64,000 bases of DNA from a virus: positions 1 through 64,000 of IMG/VR virus record IMGVR_UViG_3300029448_000013. One strand, given 5' to 3'. Both the position numbers and the translations under genes were made by a program. Under the pieces are notes generated by a model. It saw nothing but the letters and a program-made list of their open reading frames with translations. It did not search any database and had not been told where the DNA came from. Positions 11,012 through 21,317 of the stretch are shown here, one piece after another; position 1 is the stretch's first letter; every line of letters starts with the position of its first letter.

Positions 11012-14000
11012 TTAATCCTCACTTGTGTAATATCCTATAACTTGACCTGCTGTTGTCTCGAATCCTAATGTCTCACCAAATCCAAACAGGTCATCAAAGC
11101 CCATATTGGCTGTCTCACCCGTTCCAGTAATTGTATACTGAACCAATGTAGTCTTTAACGGTATAGAATCCTTGAAGACTTTACCGACTGAAACTTGTTG
11201 TGAGTTTCTGCTGAATAATGTAGAGTTGCTAGAACTCTGTTGACTTCCTATTTCTGACAATCTCTCTGCTATCGTCTTATCAAAAGTACCTACTGTCATT
11301 GTGAGAGTTGGTGTTAGTACATTCTGTATCTCAAAGATTACATAATCATTAGGTGGAATATCATATTGAGGAAAATCCAAATAAACGATATCACCTGCTT
11401 CAAGAGTCTCAAGACCTTTCTTCTCGACATTAAGTGTTATCTTCCTAGCATCTGATGAATGAAGTGCCAATAATTCGTTTGCCTTTACCTTCGCATCCGT
11501 GATAGTTCTGATATTTGCATCTACGAAGTTTATGTGTGTACCACTCTCATCATTTGCCACACTTGTTCTTATCCTATCACCAATTACAGTCACTTTGTTA
11601 GCCTTAGCAAACAACGAACTATTTTTCTTCACGGAGAAGATTCTATGGCTTCGATAAGAAATTCCCTGTTTTCTCAACAAGGCAGCAGAATTTAAATCAC
11701 GAAATACCACTTTTCTATTATTAATTCTAAAATCCAAGTTCTTCTTTCCTGCTAATTTGTTCAATACTTGGAAAGCAGATGCTTGAATGAAATTATCGGT
11801 ACTAACGAATGTTTTCTTGTTGAACTTAATTATCTCATCATTTAGAAGAGGAACGAACCATAAATCCACATCTGCATCAGTAGTATCTACATCATTAACA
11901 GTGATAGTAGTTCCACTAGTAGAGGAAACAGAACCTATTGGATATCCTTCATGTGTGAATATTATATCACCATCTGCAATATTCTCTACTGTGGCTTTGC
12001 AAGTAATGACATTATTAGAGACTGAACTCACGATGTTTCCAGTGAACTCTGCTTGAGACTGCACCATGTCAATATCGAGACCTGCTTCCTTGGCTATACG
12101 CTCAATCTCTGTCTCTACCTCTTCACCGATAATCATACTAGTTCCAATATGGCATTTTGATATATTGTTTAGATTCGGTTTTCTATCTAACTCCAACTCT
12201 ATTATCTCACCAAATGACACTACTCCATTTCCAGTTAATGTTCCCTCATATGTTAGTTTAGCCTCTCGCTGCCTAACTCCATCCTTTATTGATGGTGAAA
12301 CATCTGTAAAGGTCATTAGTTTCCTTTGTTTATTCATACCATCTGTAATAAAACAATCAAAAACATCGCCAGTTGAGAATGGCATGTTATACACAGAATT
12401 ACTAGGTGTTTCAGGAACTATCGATTCGATACTGCTTGTTTCAGGTGCTTTATCCAAGTTCATCAATACATAAGCACTGAATACTCCTTCGTCTAGATGT
12501 TGTCTTGAGTTTCCTGACCTGTTACCTGTATCGTATCTAGAAGTAGTTTCACTGTAATCCAAACCAGTTGAATGTAATCGATTCAAAATTATCTCTTTCG
12601 GTGTATCTCTAAATGTTGTCTCCGCCAGCCTCATCAATCTGAATCTTGGTTTTCTTGCTCGTTGGTTGCCGAAAAATATGGAATCGTCTTCTATACTTCT
12701 ATCTAATTTTATTACATGGGTAAATGAAGTGGCTGTGTTAGTTGTTTGATTGGTGGTGTGGCTGATAATCTTAGCCATGAAACCAATGTTTCCTCCTCTT
12801 CCTGACTCAAATATCTCTCCCTTATGTACTGCTGATGCAGCCACCTTTGCAGCAAGACCAAGAGATAATTCGTCTTTCAACTCCAAAGTCTTCTCAGCAA
12901 CAAGGTAGTATCCTGTTAGATTCGGAACGAAAGAGAGCCAAGTGTGCTGTGAATCAGAATCACTAGTATCAATGGTAATTGTGTCCCTTGCACTATTAGT
13001 CTGACTAAGAGTTATGTTCCCATCAGTTATGTCTAGTACAGGTTTTATCATCATCTGCGCTCTGTATAGTCCACCATCGTTACTAGAGGTGAAATCGGTA
13101 TCATTATGTAAGTCATATTCTGTGGTTGTTACAGATTCACCTTCGCTAGAACCTAAGAAGTATTTCACTCCCAAATCAGTAAAAGACCCTACACCACTAT
13201 TTCCAGTATTGTCAACTCTGCCTGACCTCGTATGCGTCCCTGTTATTGCATAGGTGTGCGGATTATTTTGGAATATCATTGTATTTACAGTGTGTTGGTC
13301 AAGGTCAGTTGCACTGTCATTACTGCCCCCATCGAAGCCAGTAACATAATCGGTGTGGTTGGTTATTTCTTGTCTGCTTCCTAGTATAGCACTTGTTTGA
13401 AACATGTCATTTGGTACACTTGGCCCATCTGCACTAATTTTCCTGATGTTTCTAAATACTCCAATACAGTTCTCATAAGGATGAGCATCGGTATGTAGTC
13501 CATATTTTTCTGCACGATGAACATCAGTGGCACTACCGGGTCTATGTACTAAACCTGCAATAACCCTTGAACTGTTTGTAAAAATGTCAGTTCCACTATT
13601 CAATCCGGTGTCACTATGCCATGTGTATTCAGGATGATATGGACTCAAATCCGAGACATTGGGATTCGTGCTATGTGTTGATGATTTGAATACGAATGGA
13701 ATGAAAACACTAGGCGGCAAAAAATCATCACTGTTATTGCTGAGTTTAGCATACTTGAATATACCACCCTCTGAATGATAGTTAGGTCTTGCTAAGTAGA
13801 CACTTGTGAAATCTACTTTTGCCTGTGACTCAGCAAAGTCATCATTCGTTAGTATTGGTGTTTGAAACCCTTCATCTTCAAACTTGAATATCTCAAAGGA
13901 CAACTTTGAGTATTGTCTGATTAGATATGCAGGAGTGTTTAGAGCAGTGTTGTCTCCTGTTACGTTTTCCAAGTTAGATTGATTTGCACCACTGCTCATA

Positions 14001-17000
14001 GTAGTAATAGTTCCCTTGACAATGAATACCAACTCTCCTGTATCTGCTCTGAAGACAGCATCTCCCTCTGCTAGTGATAGAGTACCACCACCTGTGAAAG
14101 TCAATGTGTTATTGTTACTACCATCTTTGACGGCTGCTAACGTAGCAGGACTGGTTTCTCTAACTGCATACATCTGATATCTTTCGATGTCTAGTAGTGC
14201 ATCATTAGGAGTGGGTAGTGAATCAGGGTCAACAGGATTAAAATGCCAATCAAAGGTTGCTTCTACTAATCTAGCAATACCGAACCTCTTGATGTTGTTC
14301 GTAGTCGTACTAGCAGATTTTATTGATACTCTTTCATAGTTCGTATCTGTCTTCTCAATCATTTTTGTAGTTCCACTGTAAGATGAATGGGAAACTGATG
14401 TTGTAGAGTTCTTTCCACTGCTTTCTAGTAGACATGCTAAGTCTTCAAAGTTGATTGTCTGACTTCCAATGTTGTTGTATCTTAGGTTTGAATATGGAAA
14501 TAAATCTCCTGTTGCGAATATCTCATAGTTCTGTGCTTTAGGAGCATGATGCAATAATTTGTTTATGTCAGATATCCTTGTATTAATTGTACCAGTAGAA
14601 CTGATAGCATGGTTTGGTGGCACTACATTAGTCACACTAGCAACATCGACAAATGCACTCCCTGTTGCATGTCTTAATGTGTAGTTAGAGTCATTCATGT
14701 TGCTTCCCAACAGAGGAGCAGAAGAGACAGATAGAGTAGGTGAAGAAGGTGCGATACCATTTGCCTTTATTGGATAAGCAATTGAATAAGCAGATATTGC
14801 CTGTGGATGATTAGCACTCTCGTATATTCCAGCATCCGACTTAGTAATCATTCCTGCTTGTAATATTTGAGTATCCCAATACCTGTATGTTTCTTTGGGT
14901 GTATAGAAGGTGTTTTGTTGATTTCCCTTTCCTCCTATTTGTGGGTCTACTCTATGTATGAATCCACCAGTGTTTACATTGTTATTCACCATGTAGAATG
15001 AATATCCAGTTCTAGTGTCAGCAGTGTTGCTTTCTAGTCTAGCCATAACCAAAGGACATATTGGTGAGATTGACATTTTGAATCCACCATCATCCTTAGA
15101 AATGGTTTCTACAATATCAAACATCTCGGAAGCATATGTCATCTTGCTAATTTTTGTTGTTGATACTCCTGTTTCCTTTGACAACTGTATTGCAAAAGCA
15201 GAGTCTGCATTCAATGTACTGGTGTTTAACGAGTTAATACTTATTGGGCTAGTGATATCATATCCTAGTGTTCTGTCTTCAGCGAATGAAGCAGTGTTGG
15301 ATGTCGATTCTAACTTGGTTCTAGTATCTGTTCTATTAAACGAGAATGAATCGGAGAATACCAAGCCTTTGTCGCTGACTCTTGAGAAATCAGTAGCAGA
15401 GTTAGTTATCAATGAATTGCTACCAATCGCTTTCTTGCCTGAGAGGTATGTTGCTTCAGCATGAGGGTCATAGTAGTAGATATCAGTATCCGCAGTAGTG
15501 GATAGTGTCACCAAAGGCTCATGTGTGAGAGTTGTAGCAGTTGTTGTTGCCGATGCTACCTCCCCAATAAAAATCATATTGTCTGCTTCAGTGGTACTTC
15601 TAGTAAACAACAAAATTCTTGCTAAAGCAGTAGTATTCCAATTGCTTATCGCAGCGTGAGTAATGACTTTGCCACTCACACCGCTTACATCCATAGTTGT
15701 TTCATTCAATGCTGGTACAATAGGATTCAATGTGCTATACACCATGTCCTCAGAAAAGGATAGATTCTTGTCTATCAAAGTGTTCAACAAAGCAGCATTA
15801 GTATCTCTTCCTTCAATCACCAACGTTGACAGACCATTCTCAGCAGAAGTCTCACTTAATTCAACTGTACCATCAAAGACCTCTTCTTGCAAACTGTATG
15901 TATTTGTATAATAGTAGAATCTCTGTATGTTTGTGTTCTGATAGAACTTTCTACTTGCGTCTTGGAACTTGACAAACTCCATATCCTTGTCTATGTAATC
16001 TACATGGTTCTGATGAGTGTTGAGATTAGAGAAGACAACCTTAGTATCATAGAACTTGGATTCTTCTTTAGGTATGGTTGTGCCTGATACGGTTAGTCTG
16101 TTTCCATCTGCATAAACTACCTGAGTATCAGAATCAAAGTCCTCTGTGTTTAGAACTCCTGTCCAAGCAGCAATCTCAACATCTTCATTATCGAAGTCAT
16201 GCACAGTTGCAGCGACAGTGAATGTTGTTGCCTTGAGAGTCTTATTTGCCTTTACTGTGACATCTTGCGTACCTGAAGATTTACTCTGTACTGCATCTAT
16301 CACATAATAATAACCATCTATCTTGATGATAGAATTAGCAGCAAGTTTAGTGGATAATGCGTAGTCATGTGTATCGAACATCTCTGTGAATCGAATCTCA
16401 TTTGCACCATCTACCTTGAATGCCTTGAATGGTAGTTTCTTGAAAGTCATTTTGTCGCTGAATGTTGTCTTCATTGCCTTGAGTTTCTGACCCTCTCGTA
16501 TTTTTTCTGACATCATTCCTGAGTTGTTTAGTAATTTAGTTTTGAATATCTTACTCATTTTATTTTGAGGATTATTGACAATTATATCCGTAGTGAATGG
16601 AATGATGTCATTCCTACGAGGTCTTGGGTCAGATGTTATGTATCTTGAAGGACCAGTTCGATTACCATCAAGAGTCGCTGATGTTACGGATGTGCTATCC
16701 CCCGTATGTCTCTTCATGTTTGGGAACGCTTCGTGCCATAGAATCGGATTAAAATTACTATCACCGTCATCAGTCGCCCTTAGATTATCCACAAGAGTCG
16801 CATCTAGTTTTCTCCTTCCGATGTTGGTTATTGTTCCTTTCAACTTCGCTTCCGTTCTGAATACTATATTCTGTATTCCCTTGCCATAACGAAGAACGAA
16901 TGCTCCTCCACTAGCATTCCATGTAGATGACGATGCTTGTCTAGAGAAATCCAGTTCAATAGAGTTATCACTAGTATTGATTGTTTTCACATTTCCTACA

Positions 17001-18043
17001 AAATCATCTGTGGCATCATCGAACAATGACATTCCTTGAAAGACTGTATTCATAAAAGTGGAATAACTGCCAGTGCTAACGAATAGTTTCTTTGATGAAC
17101 TTCCTTCTTCAAACGCTGAGTAAGCATTACTTGTATTCAGGAATCCTACTTGATTTTGATTTCCAGCCCCACCATGATTGTAATCCCACCATCTCAATCT
17201 AGTGACGGTGTATTTCTCCATGTAGTCCAATTGGTCATCCTGCTCCAACCTGTCATTGTAGAAGTAGAACGTTGGTCTATCGACTCTGTTTAGCACATCA
17301 TAGTTGTCTGTCGAAGCCTGATTGTCACCACGAAGACCATAACTCACAGCCATGACATCGGTATCTGTCTTCGCTGGCCCTTTGAATATCTCAAAGTTAG
17401 TTCCCTTCGGTATAGAAGTAGGATACTTAGGACTGAACTCCAAACCATCTCCAAACTCATCGAATGTAGATATTCGGTTTATCTTGGCAAAGTGCGGTCT
17501 TGCGGTATCCGTCTGTGTTGATGAATCATATATCTCAGGATTCAACATAATGAAGTAATCATAGTTCTCTATATCTAATGCTACAACATCAGTAGCAGGA
17601 TAGTCAATGACAGTAGCACCCAATGAGGTATCTGCATATACAAACTTTCTATTTGTCTCGCCTGTACTAATACTAGTATCATATGCTTTTATTTTGAAGG
17701 GAGGTGTTGTTTCCTTAGTCGTAGCATAGTTAGCGATAGTCTTATTCTTTGGAAGAAGCCTATTTCCTATTTGGTCAGCCTTGTCATTGGATATAGAGCC
17801 ACCATGAGACCCCTTTCTAATCTCAGTGAATATGACAGATGGAACTACATCAGATGTGGCAGTTCCAGTTCCACTAGTCTCAGACTCTACATATGTTGCT
17901 TTCAATACAGGATTGACTGATACATCCTTGAATGCAAAACTATCAGAGAACTCCGTAGCCATACTAGCATAGGCTTCAGTAGCATTAGACTCATTGACTC
18001 CTGATTTCAAAGGATAGAGAATAGTTCCGTTTGTCTTTGCCAT
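11012..18043 (-). CDS. Very large tail tip/baseplate hub protein (~2340 aa)
   Basis: Beta-rich T/S-rich ORF. The C-terminus (ANKVTVIG...LEAGDIVYLD...MTVGTF) resembles tail-hub proteins. GGTGA SD precedes ATG 18043. Confidence 0.7.
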   Translation of the reverse strand: MAKTNGTILYPLKSGVNESNATEAYASMATEFSDSFAFKDVSVNPVLKATYVESETSGTGTATSDVVPSVIFTEIRKGSHGGSISNDKADQIGNRLLPKNKTIANYATTKETTPPFKIKAYDTSISTGETNRKFVYADTSLGATVIDYPATDVVALDIENYDYFIMLNPEIYDSSTQTDTARPHFAKINRISTFDEFGDGLEFSPKYPTSIPKGTNFEIFKGPAKTDTDVMAVSYGLRGDNQASTDNYDVLNRVDRPTFYFYNDRLEQDDQLDYMEKYTVTRLRWWDYNHGGAGNQNQVGFLNTSNAYSAFEEGSSSKKLFVSTGSYSTFMNTVFQGMSLFDDATDDFVGNVKTINTSDNSIELDFSRQASSSTWNASGGAFVLRYGKGIQNIVFRTEAKLKGTITNIGRRKLDATLVDNLRATDDGDSNFNPILWHEAFPNMKRHTGDSTSVTSATLDGNRTGPSRYITSDPRPRRNDIIPFTTDIIVNNPQNKMSKIFKTKLLNNSGMMSEKIREGQKLKAMKTTFSDKMTFKKLPFKAFKVDGANEIRFTEMFDTHDYALSTKLAANSIIKIDGYYYVIDAVQSKSSGTQDVTVKANKTLKATTFTVAATVHDFDNEDVEIAAWTGVLNTEDFDSDTQVVYADGNRLTVSGTTIPKEESKFYDTKVVFSNLNTHQNHVDYIDKDMEFVKFQDASRKFYQNTNIQRFYYYTNTYSLQEEVFDGTVELSETSAENGLSTLVIEGRDTNAALLNTLIDKNLSFSEDMVYSTLNPIVPALNETTMDVSGVSGKVITHAAISNWNTTALARILLFTRSTTEADNMIFIGEVASATTTATTLTHEPLVTLSTTADTDIYYYDPHAEATYLSGKKAIGSNSLITNSATDFSRVSDKGLVFSDSFSFNRTDTRTKLESTSNTASFAEDRTLGYDITSPISINSLNTSTLNADSAFAIQLSKETGVSTTKISKMTYASEMFDIVETISKDDGGFKMSISPICPLVMARLESNTADTRTGYSFYMVNNNVNTGGFIHRVDPQIGGKGNQQNTFYTPKETYRYWDTQILQAGMITKSDAGIYESANHPQAISAYSIAYPIKANGIAPSSPTLSVSSAPLLGSNMNDSNYTLRHATGSAFVDVASVTNVVPPNHAISSTGTINTRISDINKLLHHAPKAQNYEIFATGDLFPYSNLRYNNIGSQTINFEDLACLLESSGKNSTTSVSHSSYSGTTKMIEKTDTNYERVSIKSASTTTNNIKRFGIARLVEATFDWHFNPVDPDSLPTPNDALLDIERYQMYAVRETSPATLAAVKDGSNNNTLTFTGGGTLSLAEGDAVFRADTGELVFIVKGTITTMSSGANQSNLENVTGDNTALNTPAYLIRQYSKLSFEIFKFEDEGFQTPILTNDDFAESQAKVDFTSVYLARPNYHSEGGIFKYAKLSNNSDDFLPPSVFIPFVFKSSTHSTNPNVSDLSPYHPEYTWHSDTGLNSGTDIFTNSSRVIAGLVHRPGSATDVHRAEKYGLHTDAHPYENCIGVFRNIRKISADGPSVPNDMFQTSAILGSRQEITNHTDYVTGFDGGSNDSATDLDQHTVNTMIFQNNPHTYAITGTHTRSGRVDNTGNSGVGSFTDLGVKYFLGSSEGESVTTTEYDLHNDTDFTSSNDGGLYRAQMMIKPVLDITDGNITLSQTNSARDTITIDTSDSDSQHTWLSFVPNLTGYYLVAEKTLELKDELSLGLAAKVAASAVHKGEIFESGRGGNIGFMAKIISHTTNQTTNTATSFTHVIKLDRSIEDDSIFFGNQRARKPRFRLMRLAETTFRDTPKEIILNRLHSTGLDYSETTSRYDTGNRSGNSRQHLDEGVFSAYVLMNLDKAPETSSIESIVPETPSNSVYNMPFSTGDVFDCFITDGMNKQRKLMTFTDVSPSIKDGVRQREAKLTYEGTLTGNGVVSFGEIIELELDRKPNLNNISKCHIGTSMIIGEEVETEIERIAKEAGLDIDMVQSQAEFTGNIVSSVSNNVITCKATVENIADGDIIFTHEGYPIGSVSSTSGTTITVNDVDTTDADVDLWFVPLLNDEIIKFNKKTFVSTDNFIQASAFQVLNKLAGKKNLDFRINNRKVVFRDLNSAALLRKQGISYRSHRIFSVKKNSSLFAKANKVTVIGDRIRTSVANDESGTHINFVDANIRTITDAKVKANELLALHSSDARKITLNVEKKGLETLEAGDIVYLDFPQYDIPPNDYVIFEIQNVLTPTLTMTVGTFDKTIAERLSEIGSQQSSSNSTLFSRNSQQVSVGKVFKDSIPLKTTLVQYTITGTGETANMGFDDLFGFGETLGFETTAGQVIGYYTSED

Positions 18044-18045
18044 TG

Positions 18046-20550
18046 TCAATCACCAAAAGAATAGTAGAAGAGAGTATCATTGTAATTAGGAGTAAGTGTA
18101 GAGATACTGGCACATGGAGTTGAAGATTTATGAAATGCAATCTCATAGAGTTCTCCCATGAATTGCGTTGCTTTTCTAGCAGTAGCAGACAGACTCGCAT
18201 CTTGCCCAATGAAACAATCGCCCGGATTTGTATCCAATCTGAACTTGCCGATATTTACCTTTACTCTCTTTACTGGTTGGTTATTCAAATACAGGGTAAT
18301 AGTATTGCTGTCAAAAGACATTCCTACTTTGTTGACTTGCTCTAGATACAATGCTTCTTTTTGTTGGTCTCTGTATATAGTAGATGTAACCGTTGTAGCG
18401 GGATTTGTTGCAAGAGTTATGTTATCACCACTCACACTAGAAACAGTGCCTATCAATGTACCAACGTTATCGTATATGCTGTTACCAGCACCTATGCTAA
18501 TCGCTTCTCCTGAACCTACTGTGATTGTTTGGGTGTTTGTACTAAATGCTCCTAAGGTTAGTCCTGAAGTTATTCCTGTACTGGCAATTGCTTGGTCTCC
18601 TGCTGAAGCCGCTATAATAGTAATAACACTTCCACTTCTAGAGACCGACAATGAACCATTGTGTCCCGAAGAACCTGCAATGACTGCTTTTAGATTATCA
18701 GCAGTCGTTTGTGTATTTCCTGCTACGTTTGTAAAGAAGACAACATCATTACTTCCTTCTGTTGCAGTAGAGCCATTGGTCTCACTATTGTCTCCTTTGG
18801 TTGGCTTGTACTTCTTGACGAGACCAGCACTGTCTTCTAAAGTGATGAATGCGGTTGGTGTGCTTGCGGCAGAGTAGTTGGAAAACTGACTACCACTAAC
18901 ACTAACGACACTAGAGTAGCCACTTACTCTTGCTAGAGCCTGATTAGTTTGAGTTGATGTGCTTGGAGATGTGACCGTTACTACGCTGCCACTCGCACTC
19001 GCTTGGTCTCCTGCAAAATTCGTACCACTAAAAGCAGCATTAATTGCTCCTGCTAAATAACTAGCAGTGACACTTGTATTGCCTCCTATCAAAACTTTGT
19101 GAACAGGACTAACACTTGTTGTGCTGTTAGTATCCAATGTCCCATTTGTAAAAGTACCACTAAAGAACTTGAAATATTTAGTTTGTAAATTACCAATACT
19201 GTTTCTTAATGCTACTGTCATGTAGTAGTTTACATTACTAGCACCTGTGGCATTTGTTCCTCCTGAGAAAACAGTGGCAGTCAACTTACCACCGTTAGCA
19301 ATACTAGAACCAATAACAGGACCAGTATTAGGAGTAGTGCTATGGTTTCCTGCTGTTCCAGTAGCATCTTGTGTCAATGAAATAGTTCCTGTAACACCAG
19401 TGACATTGAGAGTTGTAGCAGTAATATCCAATCCTGAACTTGGGTTGCTGCCAACACCATTGAATGTGTTGATTGCTTGGTTTAACATTAATCTAAAATT
19501 TTGACTACTACCACTAGAAGTTAAACCCACTTCAGGAACAAATATGTCAGTCGGTAAATATCCCGCTCCGGTTAATGCATCGACTATAAGACCACCACCC
19601 GTCATACCCGCCATACCATCCATGTCCGATATTCTTGCACTAGCCCCTTGCATTTCAGAAGGAAATCCATTACTGGAAGAATTATCAATGTAAAAGAATC
19701 TATATGTTTTATTTGCACTAGTTCCTGAACCTGTTTGTCTGTTCCTTAAAATGATAGCATTATTGTCACTAGGAGCAGTGCTTGCTGTTATCGGAGTAGG
19801 ACTCCAACCACTACTGAATGTTATAGCCCCTGTTGCTACTGTTGCTGATGAACCAGCGACATCCAAGTGGGAAGAACCCGGTTGAGCATTCATCGTGAAT
19901 GTAGCACTTCCAAGTGTTCCAGCAGTGTTTGTGAAACTAGCCAAGTTTCCTGATACCGTTGTTGTTGCTGTTGGTAGAGAACCAGTTGCACTACTGGTTA
20001 TTTTTGTCTTATCTGTTGTTATTCCACTGTATAATCCATTAGGGTCATAATATCCTACAAGGTTCTTCTGAGAGACAAACACTGGTTCACTTGCAACAGT
20101 GTGTGCTATTGGTGTGCCAATGGAGTCAGTTAGTTCAACAACCATCTTGTATTCTGCTGGTTGATTGAAGTTGGATGACGTAGTATTCTGTAAGTAAAAC
20201 TTCAGATAGTCATTGCAGAATATCATCATCTTGTGAGTGCTTCTACCTGCTCCGAAGTAACTGACACTCTCAAAGTCCGATGTTGCATCTGTTTGGTCAT
20301 CTAATGATAGATTCGGACTAGGAGGGGTTTTTGTGCTGTCGAGTCTTCCCTTTCCCGTTGTTCTATTACCAACCCCATTTACATCATAGGGAGTTAATAT
20401 TGCTTCAATACTAAATGGCCCTCCGTAATCCCACAACTCATCTTTAGAAGTATTCGTATTATAGTCATCATACTCTATCTTCAGATGTCCATCACACATA
20501 ACAGGAAATATCAATGCTCTTGTATCTCCTACATGTGCTGTTGTTGCCAT
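18046..20550 (-). CDS. Tail-associated protein with split LamG/ConA-like domain
   Basis: The N-terminal FSIEAILTP and C-terminal VGMSFDSNTITLYLN...FIG...FMGELYEIAF motifs flank a G/S/T-rich insert. Confidence 0.65.
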   Translation of the reverse strand: MATTAHVGDTRALIFPVMCDGHLKIEYDDYNTNTSKDELWDYGGPFSIEAILTPYDVNGVGNRTTGKGRLDSTKTPPSPNLSLDDQTDATSDFESVSYFGAGRSTHKMMIFCNDYLKFYLQNTTSSNFNQPAEYKMVVELTDSIGTPIAHTVASEPVFVSQKNLVGYYDPNGLYSGITTDKTKITSSATGSLPTATTTVSGNLASFTNTAGTLGSATFTMNAQPGSSHLDVAGSSATVATGAITFSSGWSPTPITASTAPSDNNAIILRNRQTGSGTSANKTYRFFYIDNSSSNGFPSEMQGASARISDMDGMAGMTGGGLIVDALTGAGYLPTDIFVPEVGLTSSGSSQNFRLMLNQAINTFNGVGSNPSSGLDITATTLNVTGVTGTISLTQDATGTAGNHSTTPNTGPVIGSSIANGGKLTATVFSGGTNATGASNVNYYMTVALRNSIGNLQTKYFKFFSGTFTNGTLDTNSTTSVSPVHKVLIGGNTSVTASYLAGAINAAFSGTNFAGDQASASGSVVTVTSPSTSTQTNQALARVSGYSSVVSVSGSQFSNYSAASTPTAFITLEDSAGLVKKYKPTKGDNSETNGSTATEGSNDVVFFTNVAGNTQTTADNLKAVIAGSSGHNGSLSVSRSGSVITIIAASAGDQAIASTGITSGLTLGAFSTNTQTITVGSGEAISIGAGNSIYDNVGTLIGTVSSVSGDNITLATNPATTVTSTIYRDQQKEALYLEQVNKVGMSFDSNTITLYLNNQPVKRVKVNIGKFRLDTNPGDCFIGQDASLSATARKATQFMGELYEIAFHKSSTPCASISTLTPNYNDTLFYYSFGD

Positions 20551-20558
20551 ATCTTCAC

Positions 20559-21317
20559 CTACATGTTATTGATTGGGTTCTCAGAGAGAACCTTAGCAAC
20601 TTCAAACTCTAAGGTGAATTGGACACTATTGGGTTGCTCCCCTGAAAACGTAGTGTTGAAAGAACGAATGAAGCCTAGCATTCCGGGTAGTTCATCCATT
20701 TCAGAAATATCAGTAAAGGAACTCGTTGGGCTTGAGTCTAACAATCCTGAGACACCGACATTGCTCTCTATGAAATCATTAGCGGCTCTCTTGAATCTTT
20801 CATCATATCTTCTATTATCAAACGTGAATGGTATCAATGGTAATTCAGCCATGTCCTTAGTTTCAGAACCTTCAGGTGAATGATAATTGAAGTTAGTATC
20901 TATTCTGCTAGGAATCAGAATGATTATCTTGTTGATTGACTGGTCATCCTGTGCTGCACTACTATCTACATAGGAGTGTATTAATTGTGCCAACTCAAAC
21001 GGGGTGAGTATCTTGTCCTTTTCAGAACCAGCGTTCTCTCCTGTATTCTTTGATATTCGTTGATTCAACAGTATTCCATTAAGCGATACGTTCTTGCTCG
21101 CTATACCCATATCGAAAGCCAGTGTCTCAGACTTTCCTGTTGCCAACGAACCGAATGGAATCGGAATTGTAGGAACGGTCTTCTGTGTTCCAATGCTAAT
21201 CTCGTTCACAAAGAGAGGTATCCTATTGACTGCTCTATCTCCGCCTATCTCGTTTCTTCTTTGTAGTTCCAACCAAACTCGAAAGTTTGTTCCCGCATAT
21301 CCTTCACTTGTAGCCAT
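20559..21317 (-). CDS. Putative distal tail/hub protein
   Basis: Directly after the tape measure gene; the C-terminal GFIRSFNTTF...FTLEFEV looks like a tail-tube-fold protein. Confidence 0.55.
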   Translation of the reverse strand: MATSEGYAGTNFRVWLELQRRNEIGGDRAVNRIPLFVNEISIGTQKTVPTIPIPFGSLATGKSETLAFDMGIASKNVSLNGILLNQRISKNTGENAGSEKDKILTPFELAQLIHSYVDSSAAQDDQSINKIIILIPSRIDTNFNYHSPEGSETKDMAELPLIPFTFDNRRYDERFKRAANDFIESNVGVSGLLDSSPTSSFTDISEMDELPGMLGFIRSFNTTFSGEQPNSVQFTLEFEVAKVLSENPINNM

